This document shows positions 21,508 to 31,561 of a stretch of 56,581 bases of DNA, piece after piece. The stretch comes from an uncultured Rubrivivax sp. (lineage in GTDB: Bacteria; Pseudomonadota; Gammaproteobacteria; Burkholderiales; Burkholderiaceae_C): the NCBI GenBank assembly GCA_964446545.1, contig CAYUPF010000002.1, forward strand, positions 1 through 56,581, given 5' to 3'. How positions within the stretch are numbered: the stretch's first letter is position 1; the number at the start of each line of letters is the position of its first letter. The position numbers and the translations under genes are program-made. The notes beneath the pieces are model-generated. The model worked only from the letters and a program-made list of their open reading frames with translations. It ran no database searches and was not told the DNA's origin.

Positions 21508-23247
21508 TCAGCCGGCCACCACCCACAACGCAGGCCCACCGACACCCCGCAACGCAGCAGACGGCGCGCCCGAACGCACCAGCGCATGGGCGCGCTCGAT
21601 GTCCGGCGCCAGATAGCGGTCATCGCCCAGCGCCGGCACCTGCGCGCGCAACAACGCCAGCGCTGCCTCGATGGCCGGTGAACTGCGCAGTGGCCGCAGG
21701 AACTCGATGCCCTGCGCAGCCGCGAGCCATTCGATGGCCAGCACGTGCGCCACGTTGTCGATCATCGGCTGCAGCCGCCGCGCCGCGAACGTGGCCATGC
21801 TGACGTGGTCTTCCTGGTTGGCGCTGGTCGGCAGGCTGTCGACGCTGGCCGGATGCGCCAGCGACTTGTTCTCGCTGGCCAGCGCCGCGGCGGTGACGTG
21901 GGCGATCATGAAGCCGCTGTTGAGCCCGGCGTTGGCTGTCAGGAAGGGCGGCAGGCGCGACACGTTGGCGTCGATCAGCATCGCGATGCGCCGCTCGGAG
22001 ATGGCACCAACCTCGGCGATCGCCACCGCCATCGCATCGCAGGCCAGCGCTACCGGCTCGGCGTGGAAGTTGCCGCCGGAGACAATGGCGCCGCCCCCGA
22101 AGCGGCTTCGCCGCTCCCCCTCCGGGGGGCGCCGCTGGCGGCCCGGCAGAGCCGGTTCCGCGGCCTCCGCTTGAAACGCTGCGGCGTCCCCATCGACAAA
22201 GACCAGCGGGTTGTCGGTCACCGCATTGGCCTCGCGCAGCAGCACCAGCGCGGCATGGCGCAGCTGGTCCAGGCAGGCACCCACCACCTGCGGCTGGCAG
22301 CGCAGGCAGTACGGGTCCTGCACACGGTCGTCGCCGTCCAGCATCTGGCTTTGCCAGGGCTGGACATCCCCCTCGGGGGGCGGCCGGCGCGGCGCGCCGG
22401 TCTGCGGGCGCATGTCCTTGTGGCTGGCGCGGATGGCGCTGCCGGCGAGCAGCGCGCGGTAGTACTGGGCCACGTCGATCTGCCCCGGCTGGCCGCGCAG
22501 CGCGTGGATGCGCGGGTCGAAGGGCCCGTCGCTGCCGCGCGCCGCGTCCACCGTGAGTGCGCCGATCACCAATGCCGACTCCAGCACCGGTTCGAAGGCG
22601 AACAGCGCATGCAGCGCCAGCGCGGTGGAGACCTGCGTACCGTTGATCAGCGCCAGGCCTTCCTTGGCTTGCAGCCGCAGGGCTTCGATGCGGTGCTCCT
22701 TCAGCACCGCGGCGGCCGGGCGGCGCTCGCCCACGCCGCCCGAAGGGTGGCCCGGTTCGGTAACGAGGAATTCGCCTTCGCCCAGCAACGCCAGCGTCAT
22801 GTGCGCCAGCGGCGCCAGATCGCCCGAGGCGCCGACCGAACCCTGGCTGGGGATGAAAGGCACGAGCCCGGCGCGGAGCACCGCCAGCAGCATGTCCACC
22901 ACCTGTTGGCGCACGCCGGAGGCGCCGCGCGCCAGCGAGCCGGCCTTGAGCGCCAGCACCAGGCGCACCACCGCGGGGGCCAGCGGCTCGCCGACACCGA
23001 CGCTGTGCGAGCGGATCAGGTTCAGCTGCAGCGTCGCCAGGTCGGCTTCGCTGATGCGTGTGCTGGCCAGCTTGCCGAAGCCGGTGTTGACGCCGTAGAC
23101 GGCGGCCTGGCCGGCAGCGGCGCGCTGCACCACCGCCGCGCTGGTGGCGATGGCTGAGCGCGCCTCGTCGTCGATCTCGAGCGCCACGCCGCCGGCATGA
23201 ATCGCCTGCAGCTGTTCGAGGCTGAAATGTCCCGGACGCAGGTGCAC
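21508..23247 (-). CDS. hutH: Histidine ammonia-lyase with in-frame repeat insertions
   Basis: [12 protein letters not shown] motif [47 protein letters not shown] start 2 nt after the hutU stop. Confidence 0.95.
   Translation of the reverse strand: MHLRPGHFSLEQLQAIHAGGVALEIDDEARSAIATSAAVVQRAAAGQAAVYGVNTGFGKLASTRISEADLATLQLNLIRSHSVGVGEPLAPAVVRLVLALKAGSLARGASGVRQQVVDMLLAVLRAGLVPFIPSQGSVGASGDLAPLAHMTLALLGEGEFLVTEPGHPSGGVGERRPAAAVLKEHRIEALRLQAKEGLALINGTQVSTALALHALFAFEPVLESALVIGALTVDAARGSDGPFDPRIHALRGQPGQIDVAQYYRALLAGSAIRASHKDMRPQTGAPRRPPPEGDVQPWQSQMLDGDDRVQDPYCLRCQPQVVGACLDQLRHAALVLLREANAVTDNPLVFVDGDAAAFQAEAAEPALPGRQRRPPEGERRSRFGGGAIVSGGNFHAEPVALACDAMAVAIAEVGAISERRIAMLIDANVSRLPPFLTANAGLNSGFMIAHVTAAALASENKSLAHPASVDSLPTSANQEDHVSMATFAARRLQPMIDNVAHVLAIEWLAAAQGIEFLRPLRSSPAIEAALALLRAQVPALGDDRYLAPDIERAHALVRSGAPSAALRGVGGPALWVVAG
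22094..22174 (-). repeat. Family A element in frame within hutH (sense orientation)
   Basis: GCCGCGGAACCGGCTCTGCCGGGCCGCCAGCGGCGCCCCCCGGAGGGGGAGCGGCGAAGCCGCTTCGGGGG; encodes [27 protein letters not shown]. Confidence 0.85.
22336..22413 (+). repeat. Family A variant in frame within hutH (antisense orientation, 78 bp)
   Basis: GTCCAGC-ATCTGGCTTTGCCAGG-GCTGGAC, CCCCCTCGGGGGG, then a hairpin; encodes [26 protein letters not shown]. Confidence 0.8.
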
Positions 23248-23249
23248 GC

Positions 23250-25097
23250 CTAGGCCCCGGTAGCCTGGCGCACAGAGGTGCCAGGGCGTTCGCCAGGCAC
23301 GCGGCCGTCCGCAGTGGACGGCCGCATGTCCGGGTTCACCATCGGCAGCTTCAAGCCTTGCGCCTTGGCACAGGCGACCGCGCTGTCGTAGCCGGCGTCG
23401 GCATGGCGCATCACGCCGGTGCCGGGGTCGTTCCAAAGCACGCGCTCGATGCGCTTGGCCGCCGCATCGGTGCCATCGCAGACGATGACCACGCCCGAGT
23501 GCTGGGAGTAGCCCATGCCGACGCCGCCGCCGTGGTGCAGGCTGACCCAGGTGGCGCCACCGGCGGTGTTGAGCAGCGCGTTCAACAGCGGCCAGTCGCT
23601 GACCGCGTCACTGCCATCCTTCATCGATTCGGTCTCGCGGTTGGGTGATGCCACCGAGCCGCTGTCGAGATGGTCGCGGCCGATGACGATCGGCGCCTTC
23701 AGCTCACCGCTCTTCACCATCTCGTTGAAGGCCAGTCCGGCACGGTGCCGCTCGCCCAGGCCGATCCAGCAGATGCGCGCCGGCAGCCCCTGGAAGGCGA
23801 TGCGCTCGCCCGCCATGTCCAGCCAGCGGTGCAGGGGCTTCTCATCAGGGAACAGCTCCTTCATCTTGGCGTCGGTCTTGCGGATGTCTTCCGGGTCGCC
23901 GGACAGCGCCACCCAGCGGAACGGGCCCTTGCCCTGGCAGAACAGCGGGCGCACGTAGGCCGGCACGAAGCCGGGGAAGTCGAAAGCGTTCTTCACGCCG
24001 GCATCGAAGGCCACTTGGCGGATGTTGTTGCCGTAGTCCACCGTCGGGATGCCCATCGCCTGGAAGTCGAGCATCGCCTGCACGTGCAGCGCACAGCTCC
24101 TGGCCGCGGCGTCGCGCAGCGCAGCATGCTGGCCGGCATCGTGCTGCGCGGCCTTCCAGCGGTCGACGCTCCAGCCCACGGGCAGGTAGCCGTTGACCAG
24201 GTCGTGTGCGCTGGTCTGGTCGGTCACCAGGTCGGGTCTGACGCCGCGTCGCACCAGCTCGGGCAGCACCTCGGCAGCGTTGCCCAGCAGGCCGATCGAC
24301 ACCGCCTTGCCCTCGGCCGTGTACTTCTCGATGCGCGCCAGCGCGTCGTCCAGGTCGCTGGCCTGCTCGTCCAGGTACTTCGAGCGCAGGCGGAAATCGA
24401 TGCGGCTTTGCTGGCACTCGATGTTCAGGCTGCAGGCACCGGCAAAGGTGGCGGCCAGCGGCTGCGCGCCGCCCATGCCGCCCAGGCCGGCGGTGAGGAT
24501 CCACTTGCCCTTGAGGCTGCCGCCGTAATGTTGCCGGCCGGCCTCGACGAAGGTTTCGTAGGTGCCCTGCACGATGCCCTGGCTGCCGATGTAGATCCAG
24601 CTGCCCGCCGTCATCTGGCCGTACATCATCAGGCCCTTGCGGTCGAGCTCGTGGAAGTGCTCCCAGGTGGCCCACTTCGGCACGAGGTTCGAATTCGCGA
24701 TCAAGACGCGCGGCGCATCGGCATGGGTGCGGAACACGCCCACCGGCTTGCCGCTTTGCACCAGCAGCGTCTCGTCCTCGTTCAACTCGCGCAGGCTCTT
24801 CAGGATCGCTTCGTAGCAGTCCCAGTTGCGCGCGGCCTTGCCAATGCCGCCGTAGACCACCAGCGCGTCGGGGTTCTCGGCCACCTCGGGGTCGAGGTTG
24901 TTCTGCAGCATGCGGTAGGCGGCCTCGATCAGCCAGTTCTTGCAGCTGAGCGTGCTGCCGCGCGGCGCACGCACCGGGTGGGGGCGAGCGTGGACAGCCG
25001 GCAGTCCCTGCGGACTGACGGCTGCCTCGCGAGCGCCGACGGCATGCTTGCCGGCGGCCGGGACGGGCAGTTGGCGGGCGGTGGACAGGTCGGACAT
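23250..25097 (-). CDS. hutU: Urocanate hydratase
   Basis: [47 protein letters not shown]. Both termini are extended by family B modules. Confidence 0.96.
   Translation of the reverse strand: MSDLSTARQLPVPAAGKHAVGAREAAVSPQGLPAVHARPHPVRAPRGSTLSCKNWLIEAAYRMLQNNLDPEVAENPDALVVYGGIGKAARNWDCYEAILKSLRELNEDETLLVQSGKPVGVFRTHADAPRVLIANSNLVPKWATWEHFHELDRKGLMMYGQMTAGSWIYIGSQGIVQGTYETFVEAGRQHYGGSLKGKWILTAGLGGMGGAQPLAATFAGACSLNIECQQSRIDFRLRSKYLDEQASDLDDALARIEKYTAEGKAVSIGLLGNAAEVLPELVRRGVRPDLVTDQTSAHDLVNGYLPVGWSVDRWKAAQHDAGQHAALRDAAARSCALHVQAMLDFQAMGIPTVDYGNNIRQVAFDAGVKNAFDFPGFVPAYVRPLFCQGKGPFRWVALSGDPEDIRKTDAKMKELFPDEKPLHRWLDMAGERIAFQGLPARICWIGLGERHRAGLAFNEMVKSGELKAPIVIGRDHLDSGSVASPNRETESMKDGSDAVSDWPLLNALLNTAGGATWVSLHHGGGVGMGYSQHSGVVIVCDGTDAAAKRIERVLWNDPGTGVMRHADAGYDSAVACAKAQGLKLPMVNPDMRPSTADGRVPGERPGTSVRQATGA
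23263..23334 (-). repeat. Family B two-hairpin module forming the HutU C-terminal tail
   Basis: CGGAC-ATGCGGCCGTCC-ACTGC-GGACGGCCGCGT-GCCTGGCGAACGCC followed by a hairpin. Confidence 0.8.
24991..25058 (+). repeat. Family B two-hairpin module in the HutU N-terminal coding region
   Basis: TGGAC-AGCCGGCAGTCC-CTGC-GGACTGACGGCT-GCCTCGCGAGCGCC-GACGGCA-TGCT-TGCCGGCGGC. Confidence 0.8.
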
Positions 25098-25136
25098 GGC
25101 GGGCCTCGCTTGGAACTGAATCGATGGCCGCACTTT

Positions 25137-25168
25137 ACTTGACTAGACAAGTCTATGCAAGTAGACTT
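25137..25168. promoter_or_regulatory. Putative HutC operator(s)
   Basis: ACTTGACTAGACAAGT is near-palindromic and resembles CTTGT-N4-ACAAG HutC boxes. It overlaps AAGTCTA-TGCAAG-TAGACTT, between divergent hutU and hutC. Confidence 0.68.
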
Positions 25169-25175
25169 TTCGATC

Positions 25176-25910
25176 ATGAATGCTCTGGTTTACCCGAGTT
25201 CGAGTCGCGCCGCGGTGGCCCCCTATGCGCGCATCAAGCAGCACCTGAAGGACGAGCTGGCGCGCGGGCGCTGGCCGCCGGGCGCGCCGATGCCCTCGGA
25301 CGCCGAACTGGTGGCGCAGTTCGGCGTCAGCCGCATGACGGTGACACGCGCGCTGAACGAGCTGCGCGCCGAAGGGCTGATCGAACGCGTGCAGGGCGTG
25401 GGCACCTTCGCCGCGCACCTGGTGCGCGTGGCCAGCACGCTGCGCATCCGCGACCTGCACGAGGAGATCACGGCGCGCGGCCACCGCCACCATGCCGAGG
25501 TGCATGTCGCGCGCCAGGAAGCTGCCAGCGAGGCCGTGGCGCAGCGCCTCGACCTGGCCGCCGGCGCGCCGGTGTTCCACACGCTGATCGTGCACTTCGA
25601 GGATGGCGTGGCGCTGCAATGCGAGGACCGCTATGTCAACCCGCGCAGCGCGCCCGACTACCTGCAAAACGACTTCACGCAGGTCACGCCCACGCAGTAC
25701 CTGCTGCAGGTGGCGCCGTTCTGGCAGGCGCAGTATTCGATCGAGGCCGCGCTGCCCACCGCACGCGAAGCCAGGCTGCTGGGCATAGCCCGCGACGAGC
25801 CCTGCCTGGTGGTGCAGCGGCGCACCGTCGGCAAGGAGGTACCCATCACCACGGCGCGGCTGGTGCACCCGGGCACGCGCTACCTGTTGCAAGGAGAATT
25901 CAAGCCATGA
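25176..25910 (+). CDS. hutC: Histidine utilization repressor (GntR/UTRA)
   Basis: PSDAELVAQFGVSRMTVTRAL, RVQGVGTF, QCEDRYVNP. Start is uncertain (25155 or 25176). Confidence 0.93.
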   Translation: MNALVYPSSSRAAVAPYARIKQHLKDELARGRWPPGAPMPSDAELVAQFGVSRMTVTRALNELRAEGLIERVQGVGTFAAHLVRVASTLRIRDLHEEITARGHRHHAEVHVARQEAASEAVAQRLDLAAGAPVFHTLIVHFEDGVALQCEDRYVNPRSAPDYLQNDFTQVTPTQYLLQVAPFWQAQYSIEAALPTAREARLLGIARDEPCLVVQRRTVGKEVPITTARLVHPGTRYLLQGEFKP

Positions 25911-26755
25911 ACGCGGCCATCGAACAACGCCTGCGCACGCAGCTCACGCCGCAGCTGATCGAGGCTTTCCGCCGCGATGGCGCCGTGTGCGTGCGCCAGC
26001 TGCTCTCGCCCGACGAGGTGGCCTTGCTGCGCGAAGGCATCGACGCCAACCTGGCCGCGCCCAGCCCGCGCGCCAAGGTCGCCAGCCGGAGCGGCGACCC
26101 CGGTTTCTTCATCGAGGATTTCTGCAACTGGCAGGACAACGAAGCCTACCGCCGCGTGATCTTCGACTCGGCCCTGCCGGCGGCGGCGGCTCTGCTCACC
26201 GGCAGCCGCCGGATCCGCCTGTACCACGACCACATGCTGACCAAGGAGCCGTCCACGCGCGCGCCCACGCCCTGGCACCAGGACCAGCCCTACTACAACA
26301 TCGACGGCGAGCAGAACGTCAGCATGTGGATCGCCGTCGATCCGGTGCGCCGCCATTCGACCTTGGAGTTCGTGGCGGGCTCGCACCGCGGGCCGTGGCT
26401 GATGCCGCGCAGCTTCATGGACAGCCAGGCGAAGTGGTTCCCCGAAGGCAGCCTGGCCGACCTGCCCGACATCGATGCGCAGCGCGCTCGTGGCGAAGGC
26501 GGGCACCGCATCCTCGGTTGGGAGATCACCCCCGGCGACGTGGTCTGCTTCCACATGCTGGCGCTGCATGCCTCGGCCGGTGTCGACGGCGACCGGCGGC
26601 GGCGCGTGTTCTCGGTGCGCTTTCTCGGCGACGACATGCGCCACGCGCCGCGCGCCTGGGTCACCTCACCGGAGTTCCCCGGTCTGACCGAGCGGTTGCC
26701 GCCCGGCGCGGCCATGGACGACCCGCTGTTCCCGGTGCTGTGGGAAGCCCCGTGA
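25907..26755 (+). CDS. PhyH-family Fe(II)/2-oxoglutarate dioxygenase
   Basis: FRRDGAVCVR, TPWHQD (HxD), LEFVAGSH, PGDVVCFHMLALHAS, RRVFSVRF. Confidence 0.88.
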   Translation: MNAAIEQRLRTQLTPQLIEAFRRDGAVCVRQLLSPDEVALLREGIDANLAAPSPRAKVASRSGDPGFFIEDFCNWQDNEAYRRVIFDSALPAAAALLTGSRRIRLYHDHMLTKEPSTRAPTPWHQDQPYYNIDGEQNVSMWIAVDPVRRHSTLEFVAGSHRGPWLMPRSFMDSQAKWFPEGSLADLPDIDAQRARGEGGHRILGWEITPGDVVCFHMLALHASAGVDGDRRRRVFSVRFLGDDMRHAPRAWVTSPEFPGLTERLPPGAAMDDPLFPVLWEAP

Positions 26756-27333
26756 ACCTGGTGCGTTGCGACGCCACCGAGCCGCGGCCCTGGCGCAACG
26801 GCGGCGGGCTGACGCGCGAACTGCTCGCCTGGCCCCACCATGACAATTCAGGCGACGACTGGGCGCTGCGCATCAGCGTCGCCGACATCCGCGCCGACGG
26901 GCCGTTCTCGGCTTTCCCCGGCGTGGATCGCTGGTTCGCGGTGCTGGAAGGCGCCGGCGTGCTGCTCGGCCTGCCCGAAGGCCAGCGCAGCGTGGAGATC
27001 GCGGATGCGCCGCTGGCCTTTCGCGGCGAGGCGGCGCCGCATTGCGGGCTGCTGGACGGGGCTACACGCGACCTGAACCTGATGATCCGCCGCGATGCCG
27101 GCCGCGGCGCGATGCAGCGTGCGCAAGCCGGTGAGGATTTCGCGGCGCGTGCACGCTTTCGTGCGCTGTTCGCCGCCGACGCGCTGACGCTGCAGATCGA
27201 CGCCAGCACTGCGCTGCGCCTGCCCGCCTTCGCGCTGGCCTGGGACGCGAGCCCGGCCCACGGCCGCTGGCGCATCGCCGCCGACGCGCCGGTGCGGGCC
27301 TGGTGGATCCACTTCGAACCGAGGCCCGCATGA
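26752..27333 (+). CDS. hutD: HutD/Ves-family protein
   Basis: [44 protein letters not shown] overlap with the upstream gene. Confidence 0.9.
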   Translation: MNLVRCDATEPRPWRNGGGLTRELLAWPHHDNSGDDWALRISVADIRADGPFSAFPGVDRWFAVLEGAGVLLGLPEGQRSVEIADAPLAFRGEAAPHCGLLDGATRDLNLMIRRDAGRGAMQRAQAGEDFAARARFRALFAADALTLQIDASTALRLPAFALAWDASPAHGRWRIAADAPVRAWWIHFEPRPA

Positions 27334-28538
27334 GCACGACGCTGTGGCGCAACGCCCGCCTGGCCACGCTGGCCGGCGACGAGCCCTGGGGCTGGGTCGA
27401 ACGCGGCGCGCTGCTGAGCGAGGGCCCGACGATCTGCTGGGTCGGCAACGACAGCGGCTTGCCCGCAGGCCTGCAGCCCGATCGCGAAGTCGATCTATTC
27501 GGCGCGCTGCTGACGCCCGGCTTGGTCGACTGCCATACGCACCTGGTCTACGGCGGCCAGCGGGCGCGCGAGTTCGAGCTGCGACTGCAAGGCGCCAGCT
27601 ACGAGCAGATCGCGCGCGCGGGCGGCGGCATCCGCTCCACGGTGGCGGCTACGCGCGCCGCCAGCGACGCGCAGCTCTTCGCCGCGGCCCATGAGCGGGC
27701 GCTGACGCTGATGGCCGAAGGCGTGACCACGCTGGAGATCAAGTCCGGCTACGGCCTCAGCGCCGAACACGAGGCGCGCTGCCTGCGCATCGCGCGCCGG
27801 CTCGGCCGCGAGCTGCCGCTGACGGTGCGCACCACCTGCCTGTCGGCGCACGCGCTGCCGCCGGAATTCGACGGCCGCGCCGACGACTACATCGATGCCG
27901 TGTGTGCCTGGCTGCCGGCGCTGCAGGCGCAAGGCCTGGTCGATGCGGTCGATGCCTTCTGCGAGAGCATCGCCTTTACGCCGGCGCAGACGCGGCGCGT
28001 GTTCGAGGCGGCGCGCGCCCTGGGTCTGCCGGTGAAGCTGCATGCCGAACAGCTCAGCGACTGCGGCGGCGCGGCGCTGGCCGCGTCCTTCGGCGCCTTG
28101 TCCTGCGACCACCTGGAGCATCTGTCGGCCGACGGCGTGCGCGCGCTGGCCGTGGCCGGCACTTCGGCCGTGCTGCTGCCCGGCGCCTTTTACTTCCTGC
28201 GCGAAACCAAGCTGCCGCCGGTCCAGGCGCTGCGCGACGCGGGCGTGCCGATCGCACTGGCCAGCGACCACAACCCGGGCTCGTCGCCGGGGCTGTCGCT
28301 GCTGCTGATGCTGAACATGGCCTGCACCTTGTTCCGCATGACACCCGAAGAGGCGCTGCGCGGCGTCAGCGTGCACGGTGCCCGCGCGCTGGGCCTGCAC
28401 GACCGCGGCACGCTGGCCGCGGGCCAGCGCGCCGACTTTGCCGCCTGGGATCTGGAACACCCGAACGAGCTGGCCTACTGGTTCGGCCGCAACCCCTGCC
28501 GCCGGCGCGTTGTCGCCGGCGTGGAGACAGGCACATGA
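27330..28538 (+). CDS. hutI: Imidazolonepropionase
   Basis: [43 protein letters not shown]. Confidence 0.96.
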   Translation: MSTTLWRNARLATLAGDEPWGWVERGALLSEGPTICWVGNDSGLPAGLQPDREVDLFGALLTPGLVDCHTHLVYGGQRAREFELRLQGASYEQIARAGGGIRSTVAATRAASDAQLFAAAHERALTLMAEGVTTLEIKSGYGLSAEHEARCLRIARRLGRELPLTVRTTCLSAHALPPEFDGRADDYIDAVCAWLPALQAQGLVDAVDAFCESIAFTPAQTRRVFEAARALGLPVKLHAEQLSDCGGAALAASFGALSCDHLEHLSADGVRALAVAGTSAVLLPGAFYFLRETKLPPVQALRDAGVPIALASDHNPGSSPGLSLLLMLNMACTLFRMTPEEALRGVSVHGARALGLHDRGTLAAGQRADFAAWDLEHPNELAYWFGRNPCRRRVVAGVETGT

Positions 28539-29332
28539 AGGACGACATCTACACGCTGCAGCGCGGCACGACACCGTTGCTGGTCAGCCTGCCGCATGCC
28601 GGCACGCACATCCCGAGCAACATCGCCGCCAAGCTGCTGCCGCGCGCGCTGCAGGTCGAGGACACCGACTGGTTCCTCGACCGGCTCTACGGCTTCGTCA
28701 CCGAGCTGGGGGCGAGCCTGATCGTGCCGCGCCATAGCCGCTACGTGGTGGACCTGAACCGGCCCAGCGACAACCGGCCGATGTACGCCGGCGCCAACAA
28801 CACCGAGCTGTGCCCGACCCGCTTCTTCACCGGCGAGCCGCTGTACCGCGAGGGCATGGCCCCGACGGAAGCCGAGGTGCAGCAACGCGTCGCCACCTAT
28901 TGGCTGCCCTATCACGACGCGCTGCACACCGAGCTGGCGCGGCTGAAGGCCGCACACGGCCACGCCATCCTGTTCGACGGCCACAGCATCAAGTCCGAGC
29001 TGCCCTGGCTGTTCGACGGCAAGCTGCCCGACCTGAACCTGGGCACGGCCAGCGGCGCCGCCTGCGCGCCCTCGCTGCGCGAGGCGCTGACCGGGCTGCT
29101 GCAGGCGCAGACGCGCTTCACGGTGGCGGTGGACGGGCGCTTCAAGGGCGGCCACATCACGCGCCACTGCGGCCAGCCACGGCAGGGCGTGCACGCGGTG
29201 CAGCTGGAAAAGTGCTGGAGCACCTACATGCGCGAGACCGCGCCCTTCGTCTGGGACGCCACGCGCGCGGCCCGCGTGCAGCCGCTGCTGCAACAGATGC
29301 TGCGCTGCATGCGCGACTGGACACCCGCATGA
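28535..29332 (+). CDS. hutG: N-formylglutamate deformylase
   Basis: [44 protein letters not shown]. Confidence 0.94.
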   Translation: MKDDIYTLQRGTTPLLVSLPHAGTHIPSNIAAKLLPRALQVEDTDWFLDRLYGFVTELGASLIVPRHSRYVVDLNRPSDNRPMYAGANNTELCPTRFFTGEPLYREGMAPTEAEVQQRVATYWLPYHDALHTELARLKAAHGHAILFDGHSIKSELPWLFDGKLPDLNLGTASGAACAPSLREALTGLLQAQTRFTVAVDGRFKGGHITRHCGQPRQGVHAVQLEKCWSTYMRETAPFVWDATRAARVQPLLQQMLRCMRDWTPA

Positions 29333-29397
29333 ACCCCCGCCCGGCCGTTGCGAAGGCGGCTCGTACCGCCGTGCATGGCACGCAGGCCTCCCAATGA
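29329..29397 (+). repeat. Family C small element, also a 22-aa bridging mini-ORF ([22 protein letters not shown])
   Basis: Starts in the hutG stop (ATGA) and ends in the hutF start (ATGA). Aligns by eye with 1257-1322. Confidence 0.75.
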
Positions 29398-30764
29398 CGG
29401 CCGGCCTGTTCTGGGCACCGCGCGCCTGGATCGCCGGCCGCTGGAACGAGTCCGTGCTGCTGCGGGCAGGCGGCGACGGCCATTGGGCCGAAGTGCGCAC
29501 GGCTACGGCCGCGCCGCCGCAGGCCGAAGTGCTGGCCGGTCCGGTGCTGCCGGGCTTGGTGGATGCGCACAGCCATGCCTTCCAGCGCGCCTTCGCCGGC
29601 CTGGCCGAGCAGCGCGACAGCGTGCAGGACGACTTCTGGTCCTGGCGCGACCGCATGTACCGCGTGGCGCTGCGCATCACGCCCGAGCAGCTGCGTGCGG
29701 TGGCCGCACAGCTTTATGCCGAGCTGCTGCAAGGCGGCTACACGCAGGTGTGTGAGTTCCACTACCTGCAGCACGACCTGGACGGCCGGCCCTATGCCGA
29801 CCCGCTCGCACTGAGCTGGGCGCTGGCCGACGCGGCGGCCGACACCGGCATCGGCCTGACGATGCTGCCGGTGCTGTATCAACGCGCCGGCTTCGCGGCG
29901 CCGAAGCTGCGCGAGGACCAGCGACGTTTTGCCACCGACGCCAATGCGGTGCGGGCGCTGCAGCGTGGCTTGCAGCGCAGCGGCCGGCCGCTGCTGCAGG
30001 CCGGCGTCGCCATCCATTCGCTGCGCGCCGCGGCGCCGGACTCGATCGCACGGCTGGTCGAGCGTCTGGACGACGTGCCGATCCACATCCACGTGGCCGA
30101 GCAGACGGCCGAAGTCGACGATTGCCTGCAAGCCACCGGCCGGCGCCCGATCGAATGGCTGGCGCGGCACGCACCGCTGGACGCACGCTGGCAACTGGTA
30201 CATGCCACGCACGCCACGCGCGAAGAGATCGACGCGGTGGCGCGCAGCGGCGCAGGCGTCGTCATCTGCCCGTCCACCGAAGGCAACCTCGGTGATGGCC
30301 TGGCCGACCTGCCCGGCTGGCTGAACGCCGGCGTGCCGATGGCCATCGGCTCGGACAGCCATGTCACGCGCGCCTGGCCCGAAGAACTGCGCTGGCTGGA
30401 ATACGGCCAGCGGCTGCTGCATCGCCAGCGCAACGTCGGCGCCGCGCCGGCCGAGGGCGAGCCCGCCACCGCGGCACGGCTGTTCAACCGCGCGCTGCGC
30501 GCCGGCGGCGCTGCGGCCGGCTTCAAATCCTGGGGACTGACGCTGGGTGCGCGCGCCGACCTGCTGGTGCTCGACACGCAGGATGCGGCGCTGCTGGGCA
30601 TCCCGGCCGAGCGGCTGCTGGACGCGCTGGTCTTCTCCAGCCCCGGCCGGCCCTTCCGCGACGTGATGGTCGCCGGCCGCTGGGTGCAACGCGCGCAGTG
30701 CACCGGGGGCGACACCACAGCACGCTTCGCCGACGCGATGCGCGCGCTGTGGCAGCAGGCCTGA
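29394..30764 (+). CDS. hutF: Formimidoylglutamate deiminase
   Basis: DAHSHAFQRAFAGL, DFWSWRDRMY, EFHYL, HSLRA, HIHVAEQ, CPSTEGNLGDG, IGSDSH. Confidence 0.95.
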   Translation: MTAGLFWAPRAWIAGRWNESVLLRAGGDGHWAEVRTATAAPPQAEVLAGPVLPGLVDAHSHAFQRAFAGLAEQRDSVQDDFWSWRDRMYRVALRITPEQLRAVAAQLYAELLQGGYTQVCEFHYLQHDLDGRPYADPLALSWALADAAADTGIGLTMLPVLYQRAGFAAPKLREDQRRFATDANAVRALQRGLQRSGRPLLQAGVAIHSLRAAAPDSIARLVERLDDVPIHIHVAEQTAEVDDCLQATGRRPIEWLARHAPLDARWQLVHATHATREEIDAVARSGAGVVICPSTEGNLGDGLADLPGWLNAGVPMAIGSDSHVTRAWPEELRWLEYGQRLLHRQRNVGAAPAEGEPATAARLFNRALRAGGAAAGFKSWGLTLGARADLLVLDTQDAALLGIPAERLLDALVFSSPGRPFRDVMVAGRWVQRAQCTGGDTTARFADAMRALWQQA

Positions 30765-30775
30765 GCGGCCGTAGC

Positions 30776-31561
30776 TCAGCGCGGCTCGCGCGCCTTGTCC
30801 AGCAGCCGCCCGAGCAGGTCCATCGGCAGCGGGAAGACGACGGTGGAGGCGCGGTCGCCGGCCACCTGCGTCATCGTCTGCAGGTAGCGCAGCTGCATCG
30901 CCTCGGGCTGCTGCGCCAGCATCTGCGCGGCCTCGAGCAGCGCGGCCGAGGCCTGCTTCTCGCCTTCGGCATGGATCACCTTGGCGCGGCGCTCGCGTTC
31001 GGCCTCGGCCTGGCGCGCGATGGCGCGCACCATCGACTCGTTCAGGTCGATGTGCTTGATCTCGACGTTGGTGACCTTGATGCCCCAGGCGTCGGTCTGC
31101 GCGTCCAGGATCTGCTGCACGTCCAGGTTCAGCCGCTCGCGCTCGGCCAGCATCTCGTCCAGCTCGTGCTTGCCCAGCACCACGCGCAGCGTGGTCTGCG
31201 CCAGCTGGCTGGTGGCCATCAGGTAGTCCTCGACCTGGATGATGGCCTTCTGCGGATCGACGACGCGGAAGAACACCACCGCGTTGACCTTCACCGAGAC
31301 GTTGTCGCGCGAGATCACGTCCTGCGGCGGCACGTCCATGGTGACGACGCGCAGGTCCACGCGCACCATCTGCTGGATGCCGGGGATCACCAGCACCAGG
31401 CCCGGGCCCTTGACCTTCCAGAAGCGACCGAGCTGGAAGACCACGCCGCGCTGGTACTCGCGCAGGATGCGCAGCGCCGACAGTATCAGCGCCAGCAGCA
31501 CCACCACCAGCGGGAACAGCAGGCTGCCCAGGCCGAAGCTGAAGTCGAAGAACATCATCAT
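30776..31561 (-). CDS. SPFH/slipin (stomatin-like) membrane protein
   Basis: [56 protein letters not shown]. Confidence 0.92.
   Translation of the reverse strand: MMMFFDFSFGLGSLLFPLVVVLLALILSALRILREYQRGVVFQLGRFWKVKGPGLVLVIPGIQQMVRVDLRVVTMDVPPQDVISRDNVSVKVNAVVFFRVVDPQKAIIQVEDYLMATSQLAQTTLRVVLGKHELDEMLAERERLNLDVQQILDAQTDAWGIKVTNVEIKHIDLNESMVRAIARQAEAERERRAKVIHAEGEKQASAALLEAAQMLAQQPEAMQLRYLQTMTQVAGDRASTVVFPLPMDLLGRLLDKAREPR

Noticed and set aside
22094..22413. Inteins or introns in hutH
   Set aside because: The inserts are far too short, lack intein terminal motifs (Cys/Ser start, His-Asn end), and match DNA palindromic repeats.
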